DNA from: Candidatus Nanohalobium sp.
GTDB taxonomy: Archaea; Nanohalarchaeota; Nanosalinia; Nanosalinales; Nanosalinaceae
NCBI GenBank assembly: GCA_042217545.1
Contig: JBDGSM010000001.1
Location: 1-40,007 of the forward strand
DNA length: 40,007 bases
Reading direction: 5' to 3'
Part shown: positions 19,389 through 28,541 of the stretch, one piece after another
Numbering within the stretch: position 1 is the stretch's first letter
Layout: every line of letters starts with the position of its first letter
Notes under the pieces: generated by a model
The model's database searches: none
What the model saw: only the letters and a program-made list of their open reading frames with translations
What the model was told of the DNA's origin: nothing
Made by a program: the position numbers and the translations under genes

Positions 19389-20141
19389 TTAACTGTCTCC
19401 AGAAAAGGCCTCTTCCACCTTCTGCTTCGACAACAGCAGATAATCCTCATCATCTGTGAAGAGCTCCAGGCAGATAGAACCGTCAAAGCCTTCAAGCTTC
19501 GAGAACAAGGCCTCAAAATCTATCTGCGCCGAACCGATAGGAAGATGAAGATCTTCGTTCTCCCTGGTGTCCTGAGCATGGATATGGGAGATCAGATCGG
19601 CCTTGTTCTCCAGGAAAGTCTCCGTGATCTCCTGACCGGCTTCCGCGAAACCGTGTCCGGTGTCGAAACACATCGGGGCCTCTGCTTCTTCGATTATATC
19701 TGCCAGGTCGAACATCTCAAGTGTATCGAACTGCCCTACGTTCTCGAACACCACCTCGATACCGTATTCATCGCCGGAGGCCTTCAACTTCTTGATCTGC
19801 TCCTCAAGGATCTCCGCCTGCTCCATGGATTCCTCCTCCCGCATATTCGGATGTACGACCGCTTTCACTACCTCCAGATCGGCGGAGAACTCCAGAAGCC
19901 GCTCAAAATACTCTATCACCGCCTGGTTCAGCTCCGGTACCTCTGTCGCGACCGGCTGCCTGAAAGGAAGATGGATGTAGAGGTCAAGGCCCTGCTCCTC
20001 CAGATCTTCCCTGAGTTCTTCTCTATCTATCTTTTCAGGCCTTACTTCTTTCTCTCCTATAGCCACTTCTACAAAATCGAACTCTTCAGGGACTTCCGAG
20101 ACTTTCTCCCATGCAGGGCCGACGCTTACTCCATATTCCAT
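19389..20141 (-). CDS. Sugar phosphate isomerase/epimerase (xylose-isomerase-like TIM barrel)
   Basis: HLPF, VVHP, FENV, CFDTGH, HAQD..DLHLPIG, LE metal-binding pattern. Confidence 0.85.
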   Translation of the reverse strand: MEYGVSVGPAWEKVSEVPEEFDFVEVAIGEKEVRPEKIDREELREDLEEQGLDLYIHLPFRQPVATEVPELNQAVIEYFERLLEFSADLEVVKAVVHPNMREEESMEQAEILEEQIKKLKASGDEYGIEVVFENVGQFDTLEMFDLADIIEEAEAPMCFDTGHGFAEAGQEITETFLENKADLISHIHAQDTRENEDLHLPIGSAQIDFEALFSKLEGFDGSICLELFTDDEDYLLLSKQKVEEAFSGDS

Positions 20142-20145
20142 GTTT

Positions 20146-22746
20146 TCAGGCCTCTTTCACGATTACTAACGTTTTTTCTGTCTCGATCATCTCGCCTTCC
20201 CCGGTGTAGGTTCTTTCCTCGTCGACTTCGAACATCTCCGGTTTCAGATGTTTGCCTGCGACATCCAGATGGCCTGCTTCGATGCTGTACTCGTTGTTCT
20301 CCAGTGCTTCTTCGATTTCCGAGACTTCGTCGCCGTACTTTGGGCCTGCTTTTGAATAGTCCAGGCTGATCCTGATGATCTTTTTCTCCGTCTCCGGTTC
20401 GCTGTCAAGCTCTTCCAGCTCCTCGACGTGCATGACTTCCTTTATCGCGTCTTCGAAACCTGAGATCGTTCCGTAGACCTGGATCTTTTCAAGTGAGTCG
20501 TTAGGAGCCATCTGGTTCCCGGTCTTGTACTTTCTGATGCCTGAGATGACTTCCATCGCGTTTTCACCAGCTTCAAGATCTGCCTCGATATCTCTGCTTT
20601 CAGGCCACTCGCTTCGGTGGATGCTGGAGCTTTTGTACATGTCGTTCCAGATCTCCTCGGTAATATGTGAGAGGAACGGAGCAAGCATCTTCAGGTAGGC
20701 CTTATGCGCTTCCTTCAACGTGTACTGTGTGCTCCTTGACTCACTGTCGTCCAGCTGCTGTTTCGCGATCTCCAGGTAGTTGTCGCAGAAAGTATTCCAG
20801 AAGCTATGTCTCAGATGGTCACGGGCCTTTGCGAACTCATAGGCCTCCATCTTCTCTGTAACGTATTCTATCGTGTCGTCCAGCTCTGCGAGCATCCATC
20901 TGTCGACTTCGTCCAGATTTTCTTCTTCCATGTCGATCTGGTCGAGAGGAGTCAGGTTTTCGACGAGCTTTGATGCGTTCCAAAGCTTTCTCATAAGCTT
21001 CTCTCCCTCGACAAGGTCCTTATCCTTTAATGCGAGGTCGTCGCCGACTGAGACCTGGCCTGCCCAGTAACGTGCTGCATCGACAGGGTACTCATCTATT
21101 ACTTCGTGCGGTGTCGTAACGTTGCCCCGGCTTTTGCTCATCTTCTCCCTGTTCTCATCCAGGACGTGTCCATTGATCATTACCTCGTTGAAAGGAACTT
21201 CGCCGGTGTGCTCCAGGCATTTTACGACCGTGTGGAACAGCCAGAAGCTGATGATATCATGTCCCTGAGGCCTCAAGGCCATAGGGTAGAGCTCCTCTCT
21301 ATCCATCTCGAACGTTTCTTCTTCCGAATCCCAGTTCCAGCCTGCGTTGATCAGAGGTGTCAAACTGCTTGTCGCCCAGGTATCCAGGACGTCTTCCTCA
21401 GGCCTGAAACTTGTTCCCGAGCACTCGGGACATTCTTCGACAGGTGCATCGTCCTGGATAGGATCGACAGGCAGATCCTCCTTGTCTGCGATGATCTCCT
21501 CGCCGCAGTCCTCGCAGTACCAGACAGGAAGCGGGATACCGGAGTCTCTCTGACGTGAGATACACCAGTCCCATTCAAGGCCTTCGATCCAGTGCTTGTA
21601 ACGTGTAAACATTTTCTCAGGGTACCAGTCCATCTCTCTACCGGCTTCCAGATACTTGTCCTTGTGATCCAGGACTTCGATGTACCACTGCTCTGTAACC
21701 AGGAACTCGATAGGCGTATCACATCTCTCATGTGCCTGAACAGTATGTGTGATCTTTCTCCTGTCGAGAAGAAAGCCCTCTTCTTCCAGATCGTCTACGA
21801 TCTCTTCCCTTGCCTCTTCCGTGGAGAGGCCTTCGTAATCTCCTGCCTCTTCCGTCATAGTCCCTGATTCGTCGATAGCGACCTTTAACGGAAGGTTGTG
21901 CGCCTGGTACCATTCGATGTCGGTCTGGTCTCCGAATGTACAGCTCATGACGACTCCTGTCCCGGTCTCCATATCGACCCTTTCATCTTCAATTATAGGG
22001 ACTTCGTAGTCAAACATAGGAACTGTCGCTTTCTCCCCGACCAGGTGTTCATTGCTTTCATCGTCTGGATGGACGAAGATCGCGACACACGCGGGAAGCA
22101 GTTCAGGCCTTGTAGTGGAGATAACGATCGATCCGTGGCCTGTAGCCAGCGGGAACTCGATATCGTTGAAATGTCCTTCCTTCTCCAGGTCCTCGGACTC
22201 GACCTGGCTGATCGCTGTCTCGCAGTCAGGACACCAGATCGCCGGCGCTTTCTTCCTGTACTCCCGTCCCTGCTCGTAGAGATCGATGAAGGAGAGCTGG
22301 GAGATCTTCTGGACGCGTGGTTCTATCGTCTTGTAAGTGTTGTTCCAGTCCATTGAGAAGGCGAACTCCTGCATGGCCTCTGTGAAATCCTTCTCGTACT
22401 CCTGGCAGACATCTCTTACCTTCTCCTGGAACTCTCTTCTTGTAAAATTCTGATGCTTAATCCCAAGCTCTCTCTCAGTCAGTCTCTCCGATGCAATACC
22501 GTTATCGTCGTAGCCGAACGGGAAGAAAACATCCTTGCCGTTCATACGCTGGAAACGCGCTATAAAATCGGTCAAAGTATTCCCATAGGTGTGGCCAAAA
22601 TGCAGAGAACCAGAGACTGTCGGAGGCGGAGTATCAATAGAGAACACCTCATCTCCGCTTCCTTTATACTTGTAAGTACCGTTTTCAACCCATTTTCCTC
22701 TCCACTTCTTCTCAACTTCTTCCGAGTCGTACTGTCCTTCAGGCAT
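20146..22746 (-). CDS. valS: Valine--tRNA ligase
   Basis: IDTPPPTVSGSLHFGH, TTRPEL, GTGVVMSCTFGD, DWCISRQR, DTW, KMSKSRGN. Confidence 0.97.
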   Translation of the reverse strand: MPEGQYDSEEVEKKWRGKWVENGTYKYKGSGDEVFSIDTPPPTVSGSLHFGHTYGNTLTDFIARFQRMNGKDVFFPFGYDDNGIASERLTERELGIKHQNFTRREFQEKVRDVCQEYEKDFTEAMQEFAFSMDWNNTYKTIEPRVQKISQLSFIDLYEQGREYRKKAPAIWCPDCETAISQVESEDLEKEGHFNDIEFPLATGHGSIVISTTRPELLPACVAIFVHPDDESNEHLVGEKATVPMFDYEVPIIEDERVDMETGTGVVMSCTFGDQTDIEWYQAHNLPLKVAIDESGTMTEEAGDYEGLSTEEAREEIVDDLEEEGFLLDRRKITHTVQAHERCDTPIEFLVTEQWYIEVLDHKDKYLEAGREMDWYPEKMFTRYKHWIEGLEWDWCISRQRDSGIPLPVWYCEDCGEEIIADKEDLPVDPIQDDAPVEECPECSGTSFRPEEDVLDTWATSSLTPLINAGWNWDSEEETFEMDREELYPMALRPQGHDIISFWLFHTVVKCLEHTGEVPFNEVMINGHVLDENREKMSKSRGNVTTPHEVIDEYPVDAARYWAGQVSVGDDLALKDKDLVEGEKLMRKLWNASKLVENLTPLDQIDMEEENLDEVDRWMLAELDDTIEYVTEKMEAYEFAKARDHLRHSFWNTFCDNYLEIAKQQLDDSESRSTQYTLKEAHKAYLKMLAPFLSHITEEIWNDMYKSSSIHRSEWPESRDIEADLEAGENAMEVISGIRKYKTGNQMAPNDSLEKIQVYGTISGFEDAIKEVMHVEELEELDSEPETEKKIIRISLDYSKAGPKYGDEVSEIEEALENNEYSIEAGHLDVAGKHLKPEMFEVDEERTYTGEGEMIETEKTLVIVKEA

Positions 22747-23060
22747 AATTTTACAGTCCTCTAAACAGAGAAGCTCGAATGATTTTTAAATCTCTTAACC
22801 GGTTTTGCAGCGTTTCGACTGGCCGAAATCTCAAGTTCAGAATCCATAACAGAAAAACACCTTCGAGAAACAGCGTAAGGCCTCAGAAAACTACAGTTCC
22901 TGTGACCGTACAAAACGGCCACCCTTCCGACTACCTTCCAGCGTGGAGGCCTCTCTCATCTGTACTCAAGACTGAAAATTTGAACTGTTAAAAAACTTTT
23001 TGCGGGCAGTTTCTCTCCGCAGTCCAGTCCTTTAAAATTTGGCTTCAGAACTTTTTCATA

Positions 23061-24170
23061 ATGGTTCTGGAGCAGTTGTTGATAGCGGGCCTCTCGGTGA
23101 TAATACTCCCTCCGCTGATGGAGAGGATAGGCATAAACGTCAGGGCGGGAGAGGTTATCGCCGGCGTACTGCTGACCACGTTCACTTCAGGCCTTGTAAC
23201 GGGCGAATGGCTGGGATCACTGGCGGAGATAGGTCTCATAGTGCTGATGTTCGAGATGGGCCTTGATATAGATCTTGAAGAGGTAAAGGACACTTTCCGC
23301 CAGTCCATGATCTACGGAGCCCTCTCCTTCGGAGTTCCGTTCGTACTGACGATGCTTGCGGGTCTTTACTTTCTCCAGGATCTGATGATGAGCTTTGTAG
23401 TGGCTTCAGGCCTCTCGGCTTCCTCGCTCGCTGTTGTTTCGCCTATCATCAGGGATAAAGATGTTGGGGCCTCCATATTGGAGAATGTCGTGATGATATC
23501 CGAGGCTCTCGGAGTTACTTTCCTGGTCGCCTTCGTGAAGGGTCAGGGGGCTTCCAGCGTTTCGCTTCCGGTCCAGGCCTTCACTATAATCGGTTTCGTG
23601 GCTTTCCTGGTTTTTGTTCTGCCGAAGCTTGTTGAGAAGCTGAAAGTTTTGCATGTGAAGGATGTAATAGAGTTCGAGACCAAGCTGATCCTCTTCCTCG
23701 TTGTTTTGATGGCGTTGATCTCCGAGGAGCTCGGTATACACGCCGCGACAGGAGCCTTCCTCACAGGTATCTTCTTCTCCGAGACAACGCACAGAGGCCT
23801 CGAGCTCGAGGACAGGCTTGAACCTGTACTAGAGCTCTTCACACCACTCTTCTTCCTCCACATAGGCACCATGATGGCCCCTGCCTCAGTGACTCCTGAA
23901 GTAATATATCTCTCGGCAGGCCTCGCAGCACTTATCTACGCCGGAAGATTTATCTCGTTCGGAGTTGTGTCCAGGATAACTGAAGGAGAGTTCCATCCGG
24001 AGTATGTCAGCCTTCTGGCGCCCAGCATCACGATAAGCGCCACGGCAGCAAGCATAGGCATGGACACAGGAGTGCTCACGGAGCAGGTCTTCTCAGGCCT
24101 CATATTCGCAGGCCTATTTCTCACAGTTATCGGCCCTCTCGGCTTCAACTGGATGAAGAAACTGGACTAA
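23061..24170 (+). CDS. Cation:proton antiporter (CPA2 / Kef-type membrane domain)
   Basis: About 12 TMs, GEVIAG, LAEIGLIVLMFEMGLDID, GAFLTG, FTPLFFLHIG. Confidence 0.88.
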   Translation: MVLEQLLIAGLSVIILPPLMERIGINVRAGEVIAGVLLTTFTSGLVTGEWLGSLAEIGLIVLMFEMGLDIDLEEVKDTFRQSMIYGALSFGVPFVLTMLAGLYFLQDLMMSFVVASGLSASSLAVVSPIIRDKDVGASILENVVMISEALGVTFLVAFVKGQGASSVSLPVQAFTIIGFVAFLVFVLPKLVEKLKVLHVKDVIEFETKLILFLVVLMALISEELGIHAATGAFLTGIFFSETTHRGLELEDRLEPVLELFTPLFFLHIGTMMAPASVTPEVIYLSAGLAALIYAGRFISFGVVSRITEGEFHPEYVSLLAPSITISATAASIGMDTGVLTEQVFSGLIFAGLFLTVIGPLGFNWMKKLD

Positions 24171-24176
24171 CACTGT

Positions 24177-24959
24177 TCACGGAGCAAACCTCGAGAGCTT
24201 CGCATCTCCCGGGAACTGCATACCATCTTCCGCAAAGATTATCTTCGCATCGACCTGATCCTCCAGCCACTCCTTCTCTTCGTCCATATCGCTGTCAAGC
24301 ATCGCGTAGCCGAAATGAGTTATTATCGCAGTCGAAGCATCCGAGGCCTCCAAGATGTCGGGTACATCGTTGATCGAGGTATGGCCTTTGATCCCGCGGC
24401 CGCGAGGCCTTGTACAGTAAATAACCATGGTGTCGCAGTCATCGTAGAACGGAAGTAGCTCTTCGGAGAACTCTGTGTCAGTCCAGAAACCGATAATTTT
24501 CTCTTCTGTAGAAAATTTGAGGCCTTGCGTATGTGGATCGCCGTGGAACATCTCCTGGCTCTCGATCTCCAGGTCCTTGAAACTGTAGCTTCCGCATTCC
24601 TCCAGCTGCTCGACGTCCAGGCAGAGATTTTTGTGGTACTCGGATATCACTTTTTCTATATCGCCGTGACCATCCATACATGTCTTGTTCGCGAAAATCG
24701 CTCCCGGGTTGTCGTAGGCCTCGGTCATCATCTCGATGAGAGCTTCTGCGTCGTTTGAATGGTCGGGGTGTGCATGTGAGACCACGACTGCTTCGGTCTC
24801 CTCCGGATCGTCTTCCTGGTTTGCGTAGACCAGTGCTCCAGGCCCTGGGTCGACGTGTATCTTGGTCTCATCTGTCTCAAGTATGATGCCTGCGGTTCTT
24901 CTTCTCTGCATGCCGGTGACGTACCGTCCACCGCCTGTGCCCAGGAATTTCAGCTTCAT
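24177..24959 (-). CDS. MBL-fold metallo-hydrolase (RNase Z/PhnP-like archaeal family)
   Basis: FLGTGGGR, DPGPG, SHAHPDH, ITHFG. Confidence 0.88.
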   Translation of the reverse strand: MKLKFLGTGGGRYVTGMQRRRTAGIILETDETKIHVDPGPGALVYANQEDDPEETEAVVVSHAHPDHSNDAEALIEMMTEAYDNPGAIFANKTCMDGHGDIEKVISEYHKNLCLDVEQLEECGSYSFKDLEIESQEMFHGDPHTQGLKFSTEEKIIGFWTDTEFSEELLPFYDDCDTMVIYCTRPRGRGIKGHTSINDVPDILEASDASTAIITHFGYAMLDSDMDEEKEWLEDQVDAKIIFAEDGMQFPGDAKLSRFAP

Positions 24960-25013
24960 GTTAATTTTTTGAGGCCTCTAAGCTTTTTTACTTGAACCCG
25001 AGAAAAAGGCCTT

Positions 25014-26162
25014 ATGCAGGAATGGTTTCAGGACGCAGTAGTTTACCAGATCCTCATCGACAGGTTCGCAGGATTTGAGGACCGGGAGGGCTGGCACAAC
25101 CCGGAGTACGTCGGCGGCGACATCCAGGGAATAATAGACAGGCTCGACTACCTTGAAGGCCTTGGCGTAGATGTTATCTGGATCTCACCGTTCTACGAAG
25201 GCGAGGCCTACCACGGCTACCATATCACCGACATGTACTCCGTGGACGAGAAATTTGGAACTGAAGAGGATTTGAAGGAGCTGACAGATGAGGTCCATGA
25301 AAGGGATATGAATATCATCGCGGATTTCGTGCCGAACCATGTCTCCGTGGAGCATGAGTTCTTCAAGGAGGCCTCCAGTTTTCCCAACAGCGAGTACCGC
25401 GACTGGTTCTACTTCAGGGACTGGCCGGACAGATACCTCTCCTTCCTCGACTTCGACCAGGACCTCGTGAAGCTGAACCTGGAAAACGAAGACGCGAGGC
25501 AGCACGTGATAGATGCGGCGAGAAAATGGCTGGATCTGGGCCTTGACGGCTACAGGCTCGACCACGTCATAGGACCTTCACACAGTTTCTGGAAAGAGTT
25601 CAGGGAGGAGATCCACGAGGATTACCCGGAAGCAGTTCTCGTAGGCGAGGCCTGGTGGAGCGGCATAGGCTTCGAGCATCTGGAGACGTTTGAGATGCCT
25701 GGGAAATACCTTCAGGCCTTGACCGGGAGCCAGGAGCTTGTGCAGAGGAACTACATAGGAGTTCTCGACGGCGTCCTGGACTTCAAGGCGCGTGAGATCG
25801 TTCTTTCGGTTCTCGGCAGCGACTTCTTACCTGATTCTCTTGTGAAGCATTTCCTGAAGCTGCATTACAGTCATTACCCCGGTGATTTCCTGCTTCCGAA
25901 CTTCCTGGACAACCACGACACGAACCGGGCTCTGTACGAACTGGATAACGATAAGGAGAAGCTGAGGAAGGCCTTCTCCCTGATCCTGGAGCAGGATCAG
26001 CCCACGGTTATCTACTACGGTACGGAGATCGGAATGACCCAGCACCAGGGCATAACGGATTTCGCCAAACACGGCGACCTCCAGGCTCGCGAACCTATGA
26101 AGTGGGACGATGTAAACAGCGAACTCCTGAAATTCTTCAGGGACAGAATCTCCGAATCCTGA
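25014..26162 (+). CDS. GH13 alpha-amylase family glycosidase (neopullulanase/cyclomaltodextrinase-like)
   Basis: YQILIDRF, GGDIQGI, YHGYH, DFVPNH, and catalytic GYRLD, VGEAW and FLDNHD; IYYGTEIG. No signal peptide. Confidence 0.93.
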   Translation: MQEWFQDAVVYQILIDRFAGFEDREGWHNPEYVGGDIQGIIDRLDYLEGLGVDVIWISPFYEGEAYHGYHITDMYSVDEKFGTEEDLKELTDEVHERDMNIIADFVPNHVSVEHEFFKEASSFPNSEYRDWFYFRDWPDRYLSFLDFDQDLVKLNLENEDARQHVIDAARKWLDLGLDGYRLDHVIGPSHSFWKEFREEIHEDYPEAVLVGEAWWSGIGFEHLETFEMPGKYLQALTGSQELVQRNYIGVLDGVLDFKAREIVLSVLGSDFLPDSLVKHFLKLHYSHYPGDFLLPNFLDNHDTNRALYELDNDKEKLRKAFSLILEQDQPTVIYYGTEIGMTQHQGITDFAKHGDLQAREPMKWDDVNSELLKFFRDRISES

Positions 26163-26234
26163 CTGACGACTGGGTAAACACCTGGCGGACGAGATTCCAC
26201 AAACTTTAAATATGTCACTACCCAATAATAACAT

Positions 26235-26366
26235 ATGATTACAATGACTCAAAACGAGTACGAATCTATCGCGGATGAAGGCCTTGAGGAGCTGAAATCT
26301 GAGACTCCGAAGCAGGATGTGGAGTTGAAGAAGATGAGTATACAGACTGGAAGAGGTGAGAAGTAA
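26235..26366 (+). CDS. Small hypothetical protein (43 aa, or 40 aa from ATG 26244)
   Basis: MITMTQNEYESIADEGLEELKSETPKQDVELKKMSIQTGRGEK*. TTTAAA 30 nt upstream, TAATG overlap with the next gene, contains the GAGGTGA SD of that gene. Confidence 0.65.
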   Translation: MITMTQNEYESIADEGLEELKSETPKQDVELKKMSIQTGRGEK

Positions 26367-26710
26367 TGTCGGATGACCTGGATTACGAGATAAGGGATAT
26401 CCTCAGGACGGATGAGGGAAAGATTACAAGCATGGATGTCTTCTACGAGACTTCTCAGGAACAGGACGTGGCCCAGATAACACATGGTTCAGCCAGAGGA
26501 GTCAGTACTATCGATAACGAGTACGGAGACGATGACCTCGTCTACACTGTGAAACCTGAGAACCTTCAGGAAACTCGAAGGCAGGAAGTTCTTGTACCTG
26601 AGACCGTGGCCCATGGTTCTCCCGAGAACTTCGCGGACAACGTGCTTTCGAAGTACGCTGAAACCGATGAATCCGAGGAATGGGCTATGGAAGGCCTTGA
26701 AGGGATCTGA
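26366..26710 (+). CDS. Acidic hypothetical protein
   Basis: 114 aa, D/E-rich, SD GAGGTGA upstream. Confidence 0.75.
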   Translation: MSDDLDYEIRDILRTDEGKITSMDVFYETSQEQDVAQITHGSARGVSTIDNEYGDDDLVYTVKPENLQETRRQEVLVPETVAHGSPENFADNVLSKYAETDESEEWAMEGLEGI

Positions 26711-26773
26711 AGAAAATCTTATTCCTGAACTCTACTGTCGACTGATTTAACTTTTCTCTACGCCTTTTTCCTC

Positions 26774-27133
26774 ATGAAGTCTGAGGAAATTCTGATAAAC
26801 GTAACTGACGAGGAGTTCGGCTTCAGTGATGAAGGCCTTACCTTCAGGTACACGGAGAAGGAGGACGGCAACCAGAAAGTGGAGCGCTACCAGGTCTTTG
26901 ATGATCTAGGCATACTGTACTCTGGCGAGAAAGTCTGGAGGACGGAGGAAACAGGAGGGCTTTTCGGCTTCTTCATCAGGGAAGAAGAGGTCTACGAGGA
27001 GAGCGTCCAGAAACGCGTCGCCTACGATTCAAGTCGGCAATCTGTCATAACGGAGGAGGCCTCCTGGGATGAGTTCAGAGGCTTCCTGTCCGGGACTGAC
27101 GCCGAAAGATACATCTCCGGCGACACAGATTGA
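26774..27133 (+). CDS. Acidic hypothetical protein
   Basis: 119 aa, E-rich, TTTAA box about 28 nt upstream. Confidence 0.72.
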   Translation: MKSEEILINVTDEEFGFSDEGLTFRYTEKEDGNQKVERYQVFDDLGILYSGEKVWRTEETGGLFGFFIREEEVYEESVQKRVAYDSSRQSVITEEASWDEFRGFLSGTDAERYISGDTD

Positions 27134-27174
27134 TATCCCGAAGATTCGCCTCATGCGATGTCCCCCAAAAACCG

Positions 27175-27212
27175 AAAGACTTATATGTTGTCATGAGAAA
27201 GTAACAAATATG
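27175..27212 (+). promoter_or_regulatory. Duplicated promoter/operator, copy 1
   Basis: AAAGACTTATATGTTGTCATGAGAAAGTAACAAATATG, 35/38 identical to 28025-28062. TTATA lies 29 nt before the ATG. Confidence 0.85.
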
Positions 27213-27980
27213 AACTCGGATGAAAATTACGACATAAACTCTGGCGAGGATATCGAGAGAGGGAGGGAGAACGGGGTCTGGGCTGATACCACGACCCAGC
27301 CCAACAGGTACGACGATCTTCTCGAAGGCCTTCACGGAAGAGTGGATTACGACGAAGGAGAACAGATCGATGTGCTGGATATCGGATGCTCCAGAGGTGT
27401 AGCGGGCGAATACTTCGCCAGCGAACTTGAAGACGAGTACGGGATCGATGTGAATATAGTTGGTGTCGACGCGAACCAGGATGCCGTCGATGAGGCCTCA
27501 GAAAGACTCGATGATGCCTATCTCGGCATGGCTCAGGATCTTGATTTCGAAGAAGGTGACTTCGACATTGTCACCTCCAAAACCTTGCTTTCAAGGATTT
27601 CGGGAGAGGATCAGACAGAAGCGCTTCAGGAGATCGACAGGGTAGTCGGTTCTGAGGGATACGCCGCTGTACAGCTTGACCCCAAAGGTAGAGAAGGCAT
27701 CACCACAGGACACAGCTACGTCATGACGGGTCAGGAACTTACAGAGGTTGGTCAAGAGACAGTGGAAGATGGCGAGGCCTTTGCCAGCTACCCGATGGAC
27801 GATGTGCTTGAGCAGTACCAGTTCGCCAACTTCATGGAAGAACAGGAGGAAGAAGTCGATACAGACCAGGGAGAAGGTTCAGAGACAGGAACCTTCGACG
27901 AGCTTATCCATCAGGCCTCCAGAGCCGAGGAAACAAAGGAGATCGATGATGACGACGATGATGACATCATCGTGGCCTGA
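27210..27980 (+). CDS. Class I SAM-dependent methyltransferase with acidic tail
   Basis: VLDIGCSRG (motif I), VGVD, FDIV, ALQEIDRVV. Start moved to ATG 27210 on the basis of the promoter. Poly-Asp C-terminus. Confidence 0.85.
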   Translation: MNSDENYDINSGEDIERGRENGVWADTTTQPNRYDDLLEGLHGRVDYDEGEQIDVLDIGCSRGVAGEYFASELEDEYGIDVNIVGVDANQDAVDEASERLDDAYLGMAQDLDFEEGDFDIVTSKTLLSRISGEDQTEALQEIDRVVGSEGYAAVQLDPKGREGITTGHSYVMTGQELTEVGQETVEDGEAFASYPMDDVLEQYQFANFMEEQEEEVDTDQGEGSETGTFDELIHQASRAEETKEIDDDDDDDIIVA

Positions 27981-28024
27981 AATTTCTGTTCTCTTGTTCG
28001 TTGACTCATCTCGGTCCATAACCC

Positions 28025-28062
28025 AAACACTTATAAGTTGTCATGAGTAAGTAACAAATATG
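28025..28062 (+). promoter_or_regulatory. Duplicated promoter/operator, copy 2
   Basis: AAACACTTATAAGTTGTCATGAGTAAGTAACAAATATG, same spacing to the ATG as copy 1. Confidence 0.85.
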
Positions 28063-28521
28063 TCAACTGCCAACGGAATCGACGTTATCGGTGAGGTTTC
28101 AGAACCAGATTATTCGCCTGAGGAATTTGATTCCACGGAGGAGTATCTTTCGACCCAGCTAGGTACGGAAGTCTACCAGGCTGCTGAGGATCCTGAAAGC
28201 ATCTCGCAGGGTGACACCGTCATGGTCGTTGAGACGGCTGAGGGAGCAGAAGCCTATGTGGCTGACAGTCCAGGTGACATCGGAAAGGCTGATGAGGTTG
28301 TCGAGCACGGAACAGTTGTTTCCGGCAAAGGATCAGCTCCGGCTGGAAAGTACGACTTCGAGGTTCTGGATAACGTAGCAGCGATGTACGGACTGGATAT
28401 CGCTGCGAAAGACGGAAACGTCCAGAACAGACACGGTGAGTCCACGAACGTCTCTCTGGAACCGGAACAGGAACACGAAGACTGGAGAGTAAGAAAAGTA
28501 CTGGAAGATGATCAGGCCTGA
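28060..28521 (+). CDS. Acidic hypothetical protein
   Basis: 153 aa, strongly D/E-rich, begins at the duplicated promoter. Confidence 0.78.
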   Translation: MSTANGIDVIGEVSEPDYSPEEFDSTEEYLSTQLGTEVYQAAEDPESISQGDTVMVVETAEGAEAYVADSPGDIGKADEVVEHGTVVSGKGSAPAGKYDFEVLDNVAAMYGLDIAAKDGNVQNRHGESTNVSLEPEQEHEDWRVRKVLEDDQA

Positions 28522-28541
28522 ATCAGGCCTTCACCACCTTT

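Noticed and set aside
22934..22950. CTTCCAGCGTGGAGG as an ORB replication-origin box
   Set aside because: Single weak match, no G-string, no cdc6/orc1 gene nearby.
27069..27209. N-terminal extension of the methyltransferase ORF in the track
   Set aside because: It overlaps the upstream gene and reads through the duplicated promoter; ATG 27210 fits better.
27210..27980. The methyltransferase as the enzyme that modifies AGGCCT
   Set aside because: It lacks DNA methyltransferase catalytic motifs (PC, DPPY/NPPY/SPPY) and looks like a small-molecule or protein methyltransferase.
27175..28062. The two 38-bp repeats as a CRISPR array or IS ends
   Set aside because: Only two direct copies 850 bp apart, each containing a TATA box and ATG; no cas or transposase gene.
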